Assembly: GCF_037042905.1 (NCBI RefSeq)
Contig: NC_087250.1
Coordinates: 27,840,001 to 27,904,000 of the forward strand
Direction: 5' to 3'
Source: Lytechinus pictus
Taxonomy: Eukaryota
Length of the DNA stretch: 64,000 nucleotides
Of this stretch, positions 13,546-26,735 are shown in pieces; the stretch's first letter is position 1, and the number at the start of each line of letters is the position of its first letter. The position numbers and the translations under genes were made by a program. The notes below the pieces were generated by a model. That model worked only from the letters and a program-made list of their open reading frames with translations, did no database searches and was not told the origin of the DNA.

Positions 13546-16500
13546 GAAAAAGTGGGAGAAGAGAGAAGGATAGTGAAGAGGAGGAAGCGAAAGCAATCAA
13601 GAGGGAGGGGGAGAGAGAGGAGGGAAGTAAATTGGCTTTAGGTGTTCCCAGGGATTGTTAACACTATGGCATGTTATATTTCTGATTGGTAAAAAAGATG
13701 TTAGGCATGGAATGACGCCTTTTCTCTTTACTAAAATGATGTGGTAAATATTTGGGAAAACCCTTTACGTTCAGTCATTCTACGTCGACAGATGGCACTC
13801 TCTAAATCCTCCCTTACACGCACATTGAAGCGCTTGATGAAGATGTGGCTTAGGATATTAATTCAATTAAAGTCAGATGCCATTGGCAGTCTTCATTGAA
13901 CTAAAAGGAAAAGTTAACCTTATCCTTAATTTCAAATAATCTAAAAATTTACATACTTTTTTATCTTTATTATAATTCTATAGGAGAAAGCGAAGTGTTA
14001 GACACAATTTGATCATGAAAGCTGAAAAAAAGATTCATTAAGGTTAATGCCAATTACCAATCAAATGAATCTCTTTACGGTTATCCGATAACATTATGAT
14101 GAATATTCTAAAAGATTGAAAAAAAACAAATCGGGAATTTCATTCAAACAAGCTTCAAGGATTAGCAGATGATTAGAGCATAATGATAAAAAAAGAAAAC
14201 AAAATAACCGCCAAAATTATTTCATTTATACTCTCAATAGCCCACTTGCGCCCGCTCTCTCTTATTCCCACAAAGGAAGTGGGGGGGGGGGGGAGTGGCT
14301 GGGGAGTCAAATGTATGACTTGCGTGACAAAATTATTTTCAAACGCTCCCTAAAAGAGTTTTATCTGTGCGCAAAATAAAACCTCAAAAAGTTTTTTTTT
14401 CGCGGGCTTCATTTACACGCCCCTAAACAAGTTGTCGCCAGAAGAAGCCTCGGGGAAACGCTTGAGAAAAAAAAACGACTTAAATATATATACGTTTGAC
14501 CCCGCAATTAACCACTGACCGTCTTTCAAAACTACCCTTTTTCTGAAATCGGCGTTTGGATACCCTAAATAAGTACAAACGCGGACCGCGTCCAAAACTG
14601 GAAAAACACCCCTTTTACCGCGTTTTTTTTTTTTTTTTTTTTTTTTTTTGGGGGGGGATGGTTACGCATGTGTACAGCAATATACATTAATCGACTCCCC
14701 TTGGGTTCATTCTCTTTCCCTTTTAGTATCGTATATCTAAAGGTTTATTTCTACAATTTCACTACCTGACCTGTTTAAAATCTTACTCCCCGCCACAAGC
14801 GCCCAATCTATCGCCAGGGGGGGGGGGCACTGCCCCCTCCCAAATAAAAATAACCAAACCAAAAAGGTAATTAATGGGGAAAAGAAAAAGAAGAAAGGAA
14901 TATAAAATAAATGGGGAAAAGTGGGACATAATATTTCTCAGAATCATGTCAAAGATCTATCGCTGAATTAGAGTTCCATTTAATAAGCTATATATTTTCG
15001 CTAGTTCGTTTTGTTCGCACACGATATATTAAGGACTTCCCTATCCGTTGTGATATGCAAATCCGCTAATGATTTTTTTTTCTCACAACGCCACTGCTCA
15101 CCATCTAAAATTAATTTTCTTTTAACATCTCCCTCTCTTTCGTTTGTTGTGGAAAGATGCACGTACATATTAAATCAATCTAAATAGATATTATATTTAC
15201 TATCTTGTTGAATCTTCATAAATGAGTCCAACGTTTCACTATGAACAAACAAACCATGCACAACAGTCATTATGGTGATAAAACTGATCTTGTAAATATT
15301 AAGTTACTTTACCGTATACTCGCACGTAACAACATTTCCCAGTCACCCAGTCAATGTTCAGAAATAATAAAACACCACATAAATATATCCCTTGCTCAAT
15401 GATGATCGTTTTAATTGTTCCTCGTTGGTGCGCGACTAGTCATGATAGTCTACTGCTGATACCTCTGGAGCAGACTTCTTCATTTTTATTAAATTAATAC
15501 GAACAAGGGAACTAAGCAATGAACATAAGTAAAGCAGAAAATAATATGCCTAAAAAAGAACACAATTATAAAACAATAACAACAACAACAAAGTGCCGCT
15601 CTTGGAATTAACGCGAACTTGCAAATATTATTTTCTAAAGATAAGCAAATGATCATTCCTAGCACAACATGCACAATGTGCCATTTTATTCATCTTTCTA
15701 TCCTCTTCTATTTTCTTTTTATTTCAATTTCTCATTCTCTCTTCGCAATCTACCTTATCCCAATCGCTCTATCTTTGTCTGCAATCCAATCGCGTCTCAG
15801 TGAGATTTAATTGTATATATTGTGTAATTTTGCATATTTGTTTGTATAAAGCTGAACAGGCTACTCTGCATAAAGATTTGAAATAAATAAAATCTCTTTC
15901 TATTATTTCATTTTTCTTTTTACTCTAGATTAACTTTCTCTACTCTCTCTGGAGTACCATCTTACAACATTGAAATCAACCTTTAAAACTACTTATCCAG
16001 TACAGCTTATCATATATTTGGATGATATCGTCGCCAATTGAATTCAAAGTGCCACTATTATCGAAATCGTCATAGAATAGATAACACTATAACGATATTG
16101 CATAGTCAATAATTTACCATGAATGATAATGCAAACATACATAATCATATTACCTTGTCAGTGCATATACCGTGATTGTATATACCCGTTTGAGTAGTTA
16201 TACAAAATCACAGATCGTTCAGCTTCATTCGCCTTCAGAGAACAAGAATTTGCAAGTGAGTTCTTTTTCGGTTTATTGAATCTGCTAATGCATGAGACTG
16301 AGGGTGGGTGGGTGTCAAGTCAGGAGAGATGCCCCTTATACATGTATCTTTCGGCTCTTCTTTTAAGATCTAGGAACAATTGAAACATTACAATGCACAT
16401 GATGCAGGCCTACATAGTTTGGATGGCAACCAGGGAGGGAACGGGTGAGCTCCGAGGAATGCCATTGGTTGCCTCTCTTATTACGGGTCTATAGGCCTAT

Positions 16501-18189
16501 ATTCAATTCAATAATTGAGCCAGAATGTCAACTATTTTACTCAATATATTACTGAAATGCAACTCTTAATCGTCTTTGCAACTCATTTTTTTTTGACAAA
16601 TATGCAAAGTTGTCATGGCAGTATGCTAACATCTGGGCTACAGTAAATCCCTGTATACAGACCTTGCTTGGGCGCGTTTTTATAAACTGGTTTAGACTTA
16701 AATCATGACATCATAATTCAGGTGCGGATCAAGCTTTTGCTCATAGTGGGGCCCAATTTTTTTGTCAACAATATTTTAATGATCAGCTGCACAATATCGA
16801 TAGTTGTTTGTTTCGTTGAAGGGGTAGTCCTAACAGTCACTACTGCTTGTTCATTTTAAAACAACATACATAATGACCCCATTTACATGATATAAGCCCT
16901 ATCTATCTAATAGTGCGGGCGCGAAGCTCGAGCTGCATTTTTTTATTTCATGTAATTTGTCCTAAACATAGTGGGCAATGTTTTCTTATCTTAATTAAAA
17001 TGCGTATGTAACTAAATAATTTTTGCGAGCGCGAAATCTGGGCAATTGGGTATCTTCCTACACATATAATGCAAGCACGAAGAAAATTTCTGATATTCTG
17101 ATCTGAAACTTGATATTTTAAGCACGTTTTGAAGATCAAAAAAACAAGCTGCGTATCTCAGTATACATGCTTGCGCGTGCTCTAGCTTTAGACTTAGAAT
17201 ATTGGCATTTTATCTACATTTTCTATCATAAGTATGAATGCGAGCGCGAAGCGCAAGCTGAAAATATATGATATTCCGATCTGTCAGAGAACAAGAGTTG
17301 AAAGTGAGAAAGTGAGTTGAAAGTGAGTTGAAAGTGAGTTTTTCTTTAATGTGCTAATGTGTATGTAATAAGAATACTGGGGGAGGGGGGGGGGGGTGTC
17401 AACTAGATCTAGGACCTTAGAATATTGAAAAATTACAAAGTATCTTTTTGCTATTGGCAAACGGGGGGGGGGGGGGTGCCCCCTCTTATTTCGTTTCGAC
17501 TCTAGACCGGCAATCAACTCACTACAGATACATGCTTTCATTTTTCTTTTACTCAGTACTCAGTGATGAAGTAAAATCAAAGGTTAAATCATATGGTGTT
17601 TTCTGGCCAAGAATGCATGCACAAATCTAAGTAAGGCAATACCTGGCTTGCTTGTAGTGTACAAGACGCATATAAACTAAAAACTTGATAGCGTGGATCG
17701 AAGAGACCGATTCTCTCGTGTAACCCTTCTGCATATTTTAGGGAGAGATTGAGGATTTCGGGCAAATTCTCCGACATTTTTAAATATTTTATTTTCAGTA
17801 CCTGGGTCGTTAATTTCTTGCTGAAGAATTTATAGGGGGCATCAGGGGGTCGCGTACCCCCCCCCCCCCCCATCCCCCAAACTATACTTTGTAATGCTTG
17901 TAATGCTTCAACAATCTAAGCCATGTACGGCCATGCTTAACTCAGGTTGATCTCGCTTGGTTTTCACTGGTTAGTTTTGATTTTTTTTCTTCCCCATGTT
18001 TTCCAGATTGAGCTGAAGACATGGAGGATTTCGATGAACTCTAGATCAAAGTTGCTAAGAGTCATACACAGTTTGGGAAAAAAGCTTGGATGTTCAAAGT
18101 TACACATCAACTAAATCACAAAACACAAAACATTAATTGGTATGGAACACTTCAAATGCTCCGGGCTCGGCGTAAAATTTAAGAAATTG

Positions 18190-18472
18190 CTAATAATAAT
18201 AATAATAATACAGGATATTTATATTGCGCACATATCCACCTTGTTAGGTGCTCAAGGTGTTCCTATATTACCCGGCTAAGCTAGGCGTTCATAGTGCACA
18301 CAGCTTTTTAAGGAATTACTTCCTACCGGTACCCATTTACCTCACCTGGGTTGAGTGCAGCACATTGTGGATCAGTTTCTTGCTGAAGGAAATTATGCCA
18401 TGGCTGGGATTCGAACCCACGACCCTCTGTTTCAAAGTCCGAAGACTAATCCACTGGGCCACAACGCTCCAC
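18190..18472 (-). mobile_element. tRNA-derived SINE (second family)
   Basis: Minus strand: ggagcgttgtggcccagtgg (A box), ggttcgaatccc (B box), (TTA)n tail at ~18190-18210; partial copy at ~23800-23890. Confidence 0.85.
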
Positions 18473-19702
18473 ATAGAGAGGAAATTTGAAGACTGCTCTG
18501 AAGAAAGCAGGTCAAGTTAATTTTGCTGATGAACTTTTTCCTTCAAGTAAGAAAATAAAGTGGAGAGTCTCATTTTAGTCTAGGGAAAAGCTTCAAAACG
18601 ATTTTGTATCGCCTGCATAGCAGAGTGAGACTATAAGACGCCGCTTTTCCGGAGGCGGCTGGGGAGTCGCTAACATTTAAAATTTGAAATGTCATCATAA
18701 TCGACCTACAGTAGTTCATGAAAATGGGACATAAGGGAAATCAAATATCCCTAATCATCCCCTGCGAGTTTCAGGCTACATGAGAGGGGTCCAAGGTCTT
18801 TTAGGGTCAATGAACTTTGACCATGTTTTTTTTTTTTTTTTGGGGGGGGGGTTAATTGTTTAATTGCCATCATAATTTTGAAAGTGTCTAGTTCCTGACA
18901 TGTGGACAAATTGGTAATAATGACAATAATGATGATAATAATAATAATAATGATAATAACAATGGCGATAAATAGATATTCTAATGATGATTATTAAAAA
19001 CGGGATAGTCTACATACGCAATTAATATAATTTAATTTCAAGCACATTTTGCAAGCATAAATATGACAGCAATATTTCTTACAACATACAACGTGAACGC
19101 AAAACGTGAGCTTAAATCTGTTTACCACTAACCTAATAAAATACAGCTTTTAAATTGTATAGTAAGAATGAACATAATATTTATTTATTCATTTCAAACT
19201 TCGATATATTGACAAGAAAGAGTTCCGGTATGCCAGGTTTTCTCTTTCCTTGTTTATTTCTTTTTTTCTTCTTTAATTTATTTTCTTTTCTTCGTTATCT
19301 TCTTCTTTATTTCAATATTTCTTTCTATTCATGTTGTTTTCTTCTTATTATTATTCTCCTCCCTCTCTTTTTTCTCCTCCTCCTCCTTATTCTTCTTCTC
19401 CTCCTCCTTTTTTCCTTTTTCTTCTTCTTCTTCCTCTTCTTATTTTTGCTGTCTTCTTTTTTTCATCCACTCTCTCTCTCCATTCCCTCTTTCACTGCTC
19501 AGCCCAAAATAGGTTCTCGTCCAAAGTCAAGTTTATTTTATACGTATTTGAATATACAGTTGATATTGATGTAATATATAGTGTTGGATGATTAGATATT
19601 AATAAAACTTTTATTGAAGACGAAAATATGATGATTACCTTATTATAGGCATATATGAAACTGCATGGCATAATTTTGACGTATTGTTGTACTTCAGACA
19701 CC

Positions 19703-20222
19703 ATGGACCATTCTGGAGTGAGCAGGAAAACGAGCGATGCTGACCCTTCAACGAACACCGCCCTCTCTCGACATGGATTCTACGACATTTATCTCTGGGC
19801 ATCGTCTAAAAACACAGATCATTTTCGTAAAATGAAAGATTGTATTCATTCAAATGGATGGAAAATGACATCTTGTTTTGATCAGAAACTTGGTGAACTA
19901 GAAACACAAAGCATCGAAAATGATCTTTTAAAATGCTCCCACATGGTATGTTTGATCACGAAAGATGACTGTAAAACAAACAACATTAAACAGCTTATGA
20001 CGATAGAGATGGCGATTCAGTCGCTTCCTAGTACGACAGGAAAAGGACTAGCAGGCCGGGTTATTCCTATTCGATGTGACGTTCCAGAATCTTCTCTTCC
20101 TTCTCAACTGAAAGCCTTGACAGGAGCGAGTATTGATGATCGTGATCTTGAAGAAAGACTACGGAAAAGTATTAATACCAACATCCGGAGGGAGAGAGAA
20201 GAAAAAGTTAAGAATGTCTCAG
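19703..20222 (+). CDS. Coding exon 1 of a TIR - coiled-coil - beta-propeller protein: TIR-like domain
   Basis: Acceptor ttcag| at 19697, strong Kozak acaccATGg, donor CAG|GTAATT (phase 1). Peptide follows the TIR/TIR_2 pattern: YDIYL..., G...SIE..L..., VCLIT, RVIPI..DV...LP..L. Confidence 0.8.
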
Positions 20223-22381
20223 GTAATTTGATAGATTTATTTTCCCTATAAAAGGTATATTATGTGGCAGATTGTGGTAACATGAGGGGTGTTACTCTAA
20301 ATAGTCTACATGTATGCACTGCACTTAACCATCCGTAGCAAAATATACAGCGATGTAAGATAATTCGACCCCGCCCTCCTCAAATCATCACCACCATGAT
20401 GATAATAAATAAATAGGATTTAGGATATAGGAATTATAAAGTGCATGCCAGAAAAAAAAGAAACCGTTAACTCAGTAGTATATTATCATGATCATCAATT
20501 TACTTCATAAAATGTACATGAATGGAAAACATATACTTCATTTTGTTAATTTTGTTTTCATTTGAGACCCATCTCAATACTCATAATACTGAGTTAAAAC
20601 AATGAAAAGTGGTGGTACCAAATTTTCATTAGCACGTGCAAATTGTGATTTTGGGTGAGTTGTTACTGCTATCTATTCGGAAGACAAATTTTATAACTTG
20701 AATATTCATTTTCTCCTTTCTTTCATAATTATGAGACCGTATGCGTAACATATAAATGACGCATAGTCAAGAAATAGTTGCGTTAAAACATGCTTGATTT
20801 CTTCCTATTCAATGGATTGTTGAAAAAACCAAGCACTTTCCTTTCCCCAAAGAAAGCAGCAGACACCGATTATCATTATTATTATTTTATTCGGCATTTC
20901 AACAAACACAGTTTACAATCAACCTGCAAGAGAATATACAATTACAAAGTGAAAAGGGATGTTTACAGAACAAGTCCAGGTTGCCTGGAAAAGGAAAAAG
21001 TTAAATAAATTACTGTATCCCGCAGACTTTCCTCCCCGACATTGACTTGTGTGTTAACACCCCAAGAATAAAAACATATATATAGATTATCATATTAATA
21101 CAAACAATAATTCATACAGAAAAAGCATATTGAAATCGATATGTATAAGAACGATAAAATATAGTGTGATTAGAAACGTAATCGCAGGACAACTTAAAGA
21201 AGGTGTGGTAAATTGGTATTTAGATAAACATTTAAATTGGCCAGGTAAATATAAACTTTAAATGAAGTACATTATATGGAGAAAAGATGTATAAGCAGTA
21301 AAAAAAGGGAAACCTAATAAGATTTGGAATTAATAACAAATGAAAATATGAATGTGAGAATCCTATATTCTTGCCAGAAATCATAAAGTATACATGGGCG
21401 GGTGTAAAAAACAGGCAAAGTATTTTATTCTTTTTGCATTTTTTGGTATTCTATTTTTTTGACACAAAATTTTTGCTCTTCTCCTCGGAGCGAGGAGACT
21501 TTTCCGTCACTACCCGTGTCCCCAAATGCTATTTCTTCAATTTTCAGCAAGTAATTTTTGGCAAAGTATCTGCTCAAAGTGGGAGGCCGTGGTATATGCA
21601 AAAATATGTACGATGTTAAATTTTATTCTGTATCGATGTAAATCCATTTCCTGTCTTGTTTTGCGCCATTGATTTGAAATTTGGAATATCACAGAAGTTT
21701 TTTGATCAAACAAAAGGAAGCGCCGAATATGAGCAAAATTATACAATGCTTTTTCTTCCAGAATAATTCCATGCTTCATCGCTTTCAAATTTTGAACACG
21801 TTTTTTCTTAATCGAGTTTTATATAATCTAAGAAATATCAAAAATTCGAACAGATTAATGATTAATTTCTATAATTCAGAGCTTCAACACCATTCGCCAT
21901 TGTGTTTTGCGAGTTAATTTGATGTAGATAAAGTTTTTACAATCAAAATTGAAGTGACCAAGGTAGGTATAATAATAACATCTCTCTTTTATAGTTTATG
22001 AAATGTTTTAAGCTTCCGCCCTTCGCGCGATGACAGGAATTATTCACATTCTTCAATCTTTTCCCATTTTGTTGTGCTCATAATTTCTCTTTCGAAAAGA
22101 TTTTTTTTTACCACATTAGGTCAATTGAATTCGAGTTAATAAATGTTCTATAGACGCAAGAGACGCCTACTTATGATTTGAATTTGAACGTTGAAATAAG
22201 CTTCAAATAAAAAGGGGAAGTGTATCTTTTCAATGATGTTCATCGCAAGAAGAAAAAATACAATGATGATGGCAAAATTACATTGAATTCCGGCTTCCCT
22301 TTTTTCTAGGACGCACTGTATATTGCACATAATTATCCTCATTGTAAGGTGCTCAAGGAGCTTCTGTAGTCGGCTAATTAA

Positions 22382-23795
22382 AGAACAAGTGCACCCCAAC
22401 AAAAAGTTGATTTGAATAAAAAGAGAAAAATCAAACAAGCATAATATCGAAAATTTAATCAGAATCGGACGTAAAATAAGAAAGTTATGACATTTGAAAA
22501 TTTGGCTTAATTAAAAAAAAACAGTTATACAGTGCGTCCCACAAAAAACGAAACCGAGGTTTAGCGATGATTTATCATAACTTAATCATAAAAACAATAG
22601 ACAAATGACCTACCAACGTAAAGCTTAGAATCTCCTCTTTCATCTGATACTACTTAGATTATTCCTCATTCATGCATGAGTGAGCAAAAACAATTTGAAG
22701 AAAGGATGTCAAAAACTCATTTGGCGGGGGGAATCTGAATTTTAAAAAAGAAAGTCACATGACTAAAAAGTTCAATATTTGCTCTTTGATTTGATACCTT
22801 AATCACAGAAAATGGTCAAGAAATAAAAAAGTTATGATCCCTCGAAACAATGCTTGTATTTCCATAATTTCATTAAATAAACGTGTTTTCACCGGTTTCC
22901 CACAGAAGCTATCGCACGGTAACAAAAGACTTATTGCATGGCTGGTCGTCAACAAAACGGAGTGTCGAGTGAGTTTAGACGCTAGCCTGAAAAACCTCTT
23001 CATTTCATGAAATTATTGAAAATCAAGCCTTGTTTCAAATAACCAGAACTTTCTTATTTCTTGACCATTTTCTTTAATTGAGGTATCAAATAAAACAGCA
23101 GATATTGAACTTTTTAGGAATGTGATTTTCTTTTTTAAATTCAGATAGGCCCCGCCAAATGACTTTTTTGTATCCCCTCTTCAAATTGTTTTTGCTCACT
23201 CATGCGTGACAGAAAAATAATCTAAGTAATTTTAGATGAAAGAGGAGATTCTAAGCTTTACAATGGTAGGTCATTTGTCTATTGTATTTGTGATTAAGTT
23301 ATGACAAATCATCGATAAATCTCGGTTTCGTTTTTTCTGGGACGCACTGTATGCACATTCTGGTCGGTATGTCAATGAGGAGTCTGATGTCATCCACTCA
23401 CTGTTTCTTTTGTATTTTATCATATGAAACATGAAATATTTTAATTTTCTCCTCATTGTCCAGTAAAACAACAATTAATTCCTCCATGAACAATTGGAAT
23501 TAGTATTGTTTAATACTATATTGTTCAGTCAAATTGGTCCTTATCGTCAAATCTGTAAAAATGAAATATTTTATAATTCAAACAATAGAAAACAAAAGAA
23601 ATAGTGAGGGATTATCGACTGACTCATTCGCTTATCACTGCGTGGTGCATATCACTGTTTTGTGAAAATTAAGCAAAACTTTAAACTGTCATAACTTTCT
23701 TATTTTACATATGATTTTGATGAAATTTTCAGCATTAGGCTTGTCTGATTTTCTCTATTTATTCAAATTCACATTTTCGGGGGTGGACTTCACCT
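22382..23795. mobile_element. Kolobok-like non-autonomous transposon (TTAA TSD) in the TIR-gene intron
   Basis: ttaa-agaacaagtgcacccc ... ggggtggacttcacct-ttaa. Confidence 0.7.
22530..23349. mobile_element. Tc1/mariner-like foldback MITE (TA TSD) nested in the previous element
   Basis: ta-cagtgcgtccca...aaacgaaaccgag / ctcggtttcgttt...tgggacgcactg-ta; inverted arms of >300 bp. Confidence 0.85.
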
Positions 23796-23998
23796 TTAAG
23801 CTAGACTACCGATTTCGGTGCTCGCACCTTTTTGAAGAATCACTCCCTGCTGATACCCAATTACCTCACCTGGGTTGAGTGCAGCATAGTATGGGTAAAA
23901 GGGTCATCATTATTATTATTAACACACATAATACCAAACATCCTTAAGAGATTAAAGCAGTCACAGTTGAATATTTTAAACTATTATTTACGATATAG

Positions 23999-25578
23999 GT
24001 TGCTCAGTTTCTCAACCTGAAAGAGATGAAACAGGAGAGCGACGCAATGTCAAAATGTCTTCTGGTCGCCCGAGCACTATCAAAGACGACGAACAGAAAC
24101 AGCGTGAGCTTGATGAGATGAGGAAGAAGCTGAAGGAGAAACGGGCCATGTTAGAGGAAACAAAACAAAGACACAAGACAGTTGGATCGAAACTAAATGG
24201 CGCTTCAAATTCATCAAATAAACATTTCCAAACGATCAAAGATGATATACAAGATACATTGGAAAATACAAGGCTAAAGTTAAAGGTTAGAGAACGGGAA
24301 ACTGTTGAATCAATTAATAAGATACACAAGGAGGCAGATGAGAAAATAATAGCCATAAATGATATGCGTAAAGAAAATATAGAAGCTTATGAAGTCGAGA
24401 TAGAACTCGAACGAAATATAACCAAAGATAAAGAAGCCAAACTGTCATCACGCTTATCAGACACAGATGAAATCAGCAAAATAGTTTTCGAGAAGATAAT
24501 GGATCTTAATAGTAAGATTCAGAATGCAATAAAGGATATTGAATCAACCATCACACGTATCAAACAACATGATGAAACATTGGTGAATGAAGCTCCTCAA
24601 GTACTTAAATCTATTGATGAAAATGTAAGTTTGAATTTTCATCAAGATGTTAGCGACTGTCTTGATCGAATACAGAATGAAGTTGAGAGAGTGAAGTTTG
24701 TAGAGGGGGAAGTAGGTGGAGAATACTATGGTAGAATTGATGGGTATATCGGTAATTGGGAACTTGTCAAGTCAATCCACATTCCATCGGTTGTTAATTA
24801 CCCGTGGGTGCGTGGTTTAGTCAGTGATGATGAGATATGTGTGCGAGACGTAGGTAACAGTGACATGTATATTACAAACATCAACACTCAACACACAGAG
24901 AAAGTCATTGATGAAGATGTGTGGATTACATCATGTGCGCCCATAGACAGTAACGTAATAGTATGTGGTAAGGAGAGAGATGATTGCACGGGTGACAGGT
25001 TGGATGGATGCATCACTCTCTATGACAGACAATGGAAGGTGATTAGAGACATCAGCATACCAGGGAATGGAGACGATAGTCGTGTGTATGTTGATGTTGA
25101 CGGGGATGGGATGATCATCGCTGCTCAGTTAGATCAGTCTAATATCTACGTCATCAATCCTGCTGATGATAAGATAGTAAACACTATTACGATGCAGGGT
25201 AAGGTGGAGTGGGGTGAGATACAAGCCTTGTCATCAGGTGATATCGTTGTGAGTACAGATGATAATAAATACACTGTCATATCACGATCAGGAGAAGAGA
25301 AGGCTGTCATACACTGTGATGAGTGGAACTGGTGGACAGAGTGTCGCGTTGACAAACTGACAGACACACTCTACATCGCGTACTGGGATAGAGCGCGTAA
25401 TACCATCGCAGTTGATCAGGTGTCACGTGATGGTATCATCCAGGCAAGGAAGATCGTGGAATACGTGAAATCAGATCGCTCTGACTGGGTCAGCCCTTGT
25501 CTTGTTACTCCTTCTGGTAACCTTGTAGGATGTGATGGGGACAAACTTCATCTTTACAAGAAGACATTCATTTTGTAA
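23999..25578 (+). CDS. Coding exon 2: coiled coil plus NHL/TolB-like beta-propeller (TRIM-NHL-like C-terminus)
   Basis: Acceptor tatag| at 23998 is in phase with exon 1 (G|GT = Gly) and runs into the 507-aa ORF. About 200 aa of E/K-rich helical sequence is followed by beta-rich blades (VDVDGDGMII, IYVINP, SSGDIVV, VTPSGNLV). Confidence 0.88.
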
Positions 25579-26377
25579 ATCATCAAGTATTTCAATGAAT
25601 GATTAAAAATTAATATAAACGATATACTTATTTTCAAATTTCACTTTCATTTTAATTCACGTCCCCCAACATGAATACATTCATAATGCGCGTGTTGACG
25701 GTGTGAATGTTGTATCAATATACAGGTGCAACGTATTGGAGTGTTGTAATAAACTTGCCATCGATTGCAGGTCAATTTTTGTTTTCAAAATTAATTGAAA
25801 GTCGTGCATTTCATTGAAAATTTGCAATTGATTGTTGGTCAGCTTATGTTATAAACAAATATGAAATGATTTGCTTTGGTTAAAATTGATCTATCAATTG
25901 CTAAATTTGCATATGAAATTTGCAATTGATCGCAAATATTTTCTTGTGTCTTACACAACGCAGTGATTAATATTTAGCCGTCTAGATTTATATTTTTATT
26001 GAAATGTATAATTGTACTCGTAATTACATTAAAAAAAAATAAATAAAGAAAAAATGGTTAACCAATTGCCTACTTTAATCCAGGTAGAAGGTCTATGGGA
26101 ATGGCTGAACCCAGCACATGACGAGTTCATTACTAACTTGTGTTAGCTGAACCCGATCATTTACCAAACGCTATTTCGTACAATGTTATTCCTTTTTAAT
26201 GCTAACAGTGATCATTTTACCCCGGGATTAAATTTGCTTTTAACTTCATTGGGTCTTTAAATCCAATCTATCCATCAGGTTGATTTCGTTTTATATTCTG
26301 TTGCAAAAAAGGTGAAGTAATATAAGATTGTATTAAAAGGAGAGGGGAAAAGTGCTGTGAAGTACAAGTAAGTGTTT

Positions 26378-26735
26378 GAACCGTGGTATAGTGTTTCTGA
26401 CTATCACCTTGTAAACGGAGGGTCGTGTGATCGAATCCCAACGAGGCCTGGCGTCCTTTGGCAAGGTGTTAATCCACACTTTGCCACTCTCGACCCAGGT
26501 GCTATATGGGTACCCGGTAGGATGTGAAAGTCATTGCAGCTTGTCCAGTACTGTGTGCGCCTCACCGGCAACTGACTGGAATACTCCCCAGGGTGTGGAT
26601 GATGTGCTCACATTGTGTGCGGGAATGACTGATTGAATGCGATGACCGGGGTAGTAGTATATCTGTAAATTGCTCAGACACACCTTTTCGATGAATTAAG
26701 CGTTATATAAAAGCGGATTGTTATCATTATTATAA
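26378..26735 (+). mobile_element. tRNA-derived SINE, with a duplicated 3' part at ~26825-27110 split by a small MITE
   Basis: Near-identical to 4878-5231. Confidence 0.85.

Noticed and set aside
19655..19702. ORF-track start MKLHG... for the TIR exon
   Set aside because: The 19655 ATG lies upstream of the ttcag acceptor; ATG 19703 has the strong Kozak context
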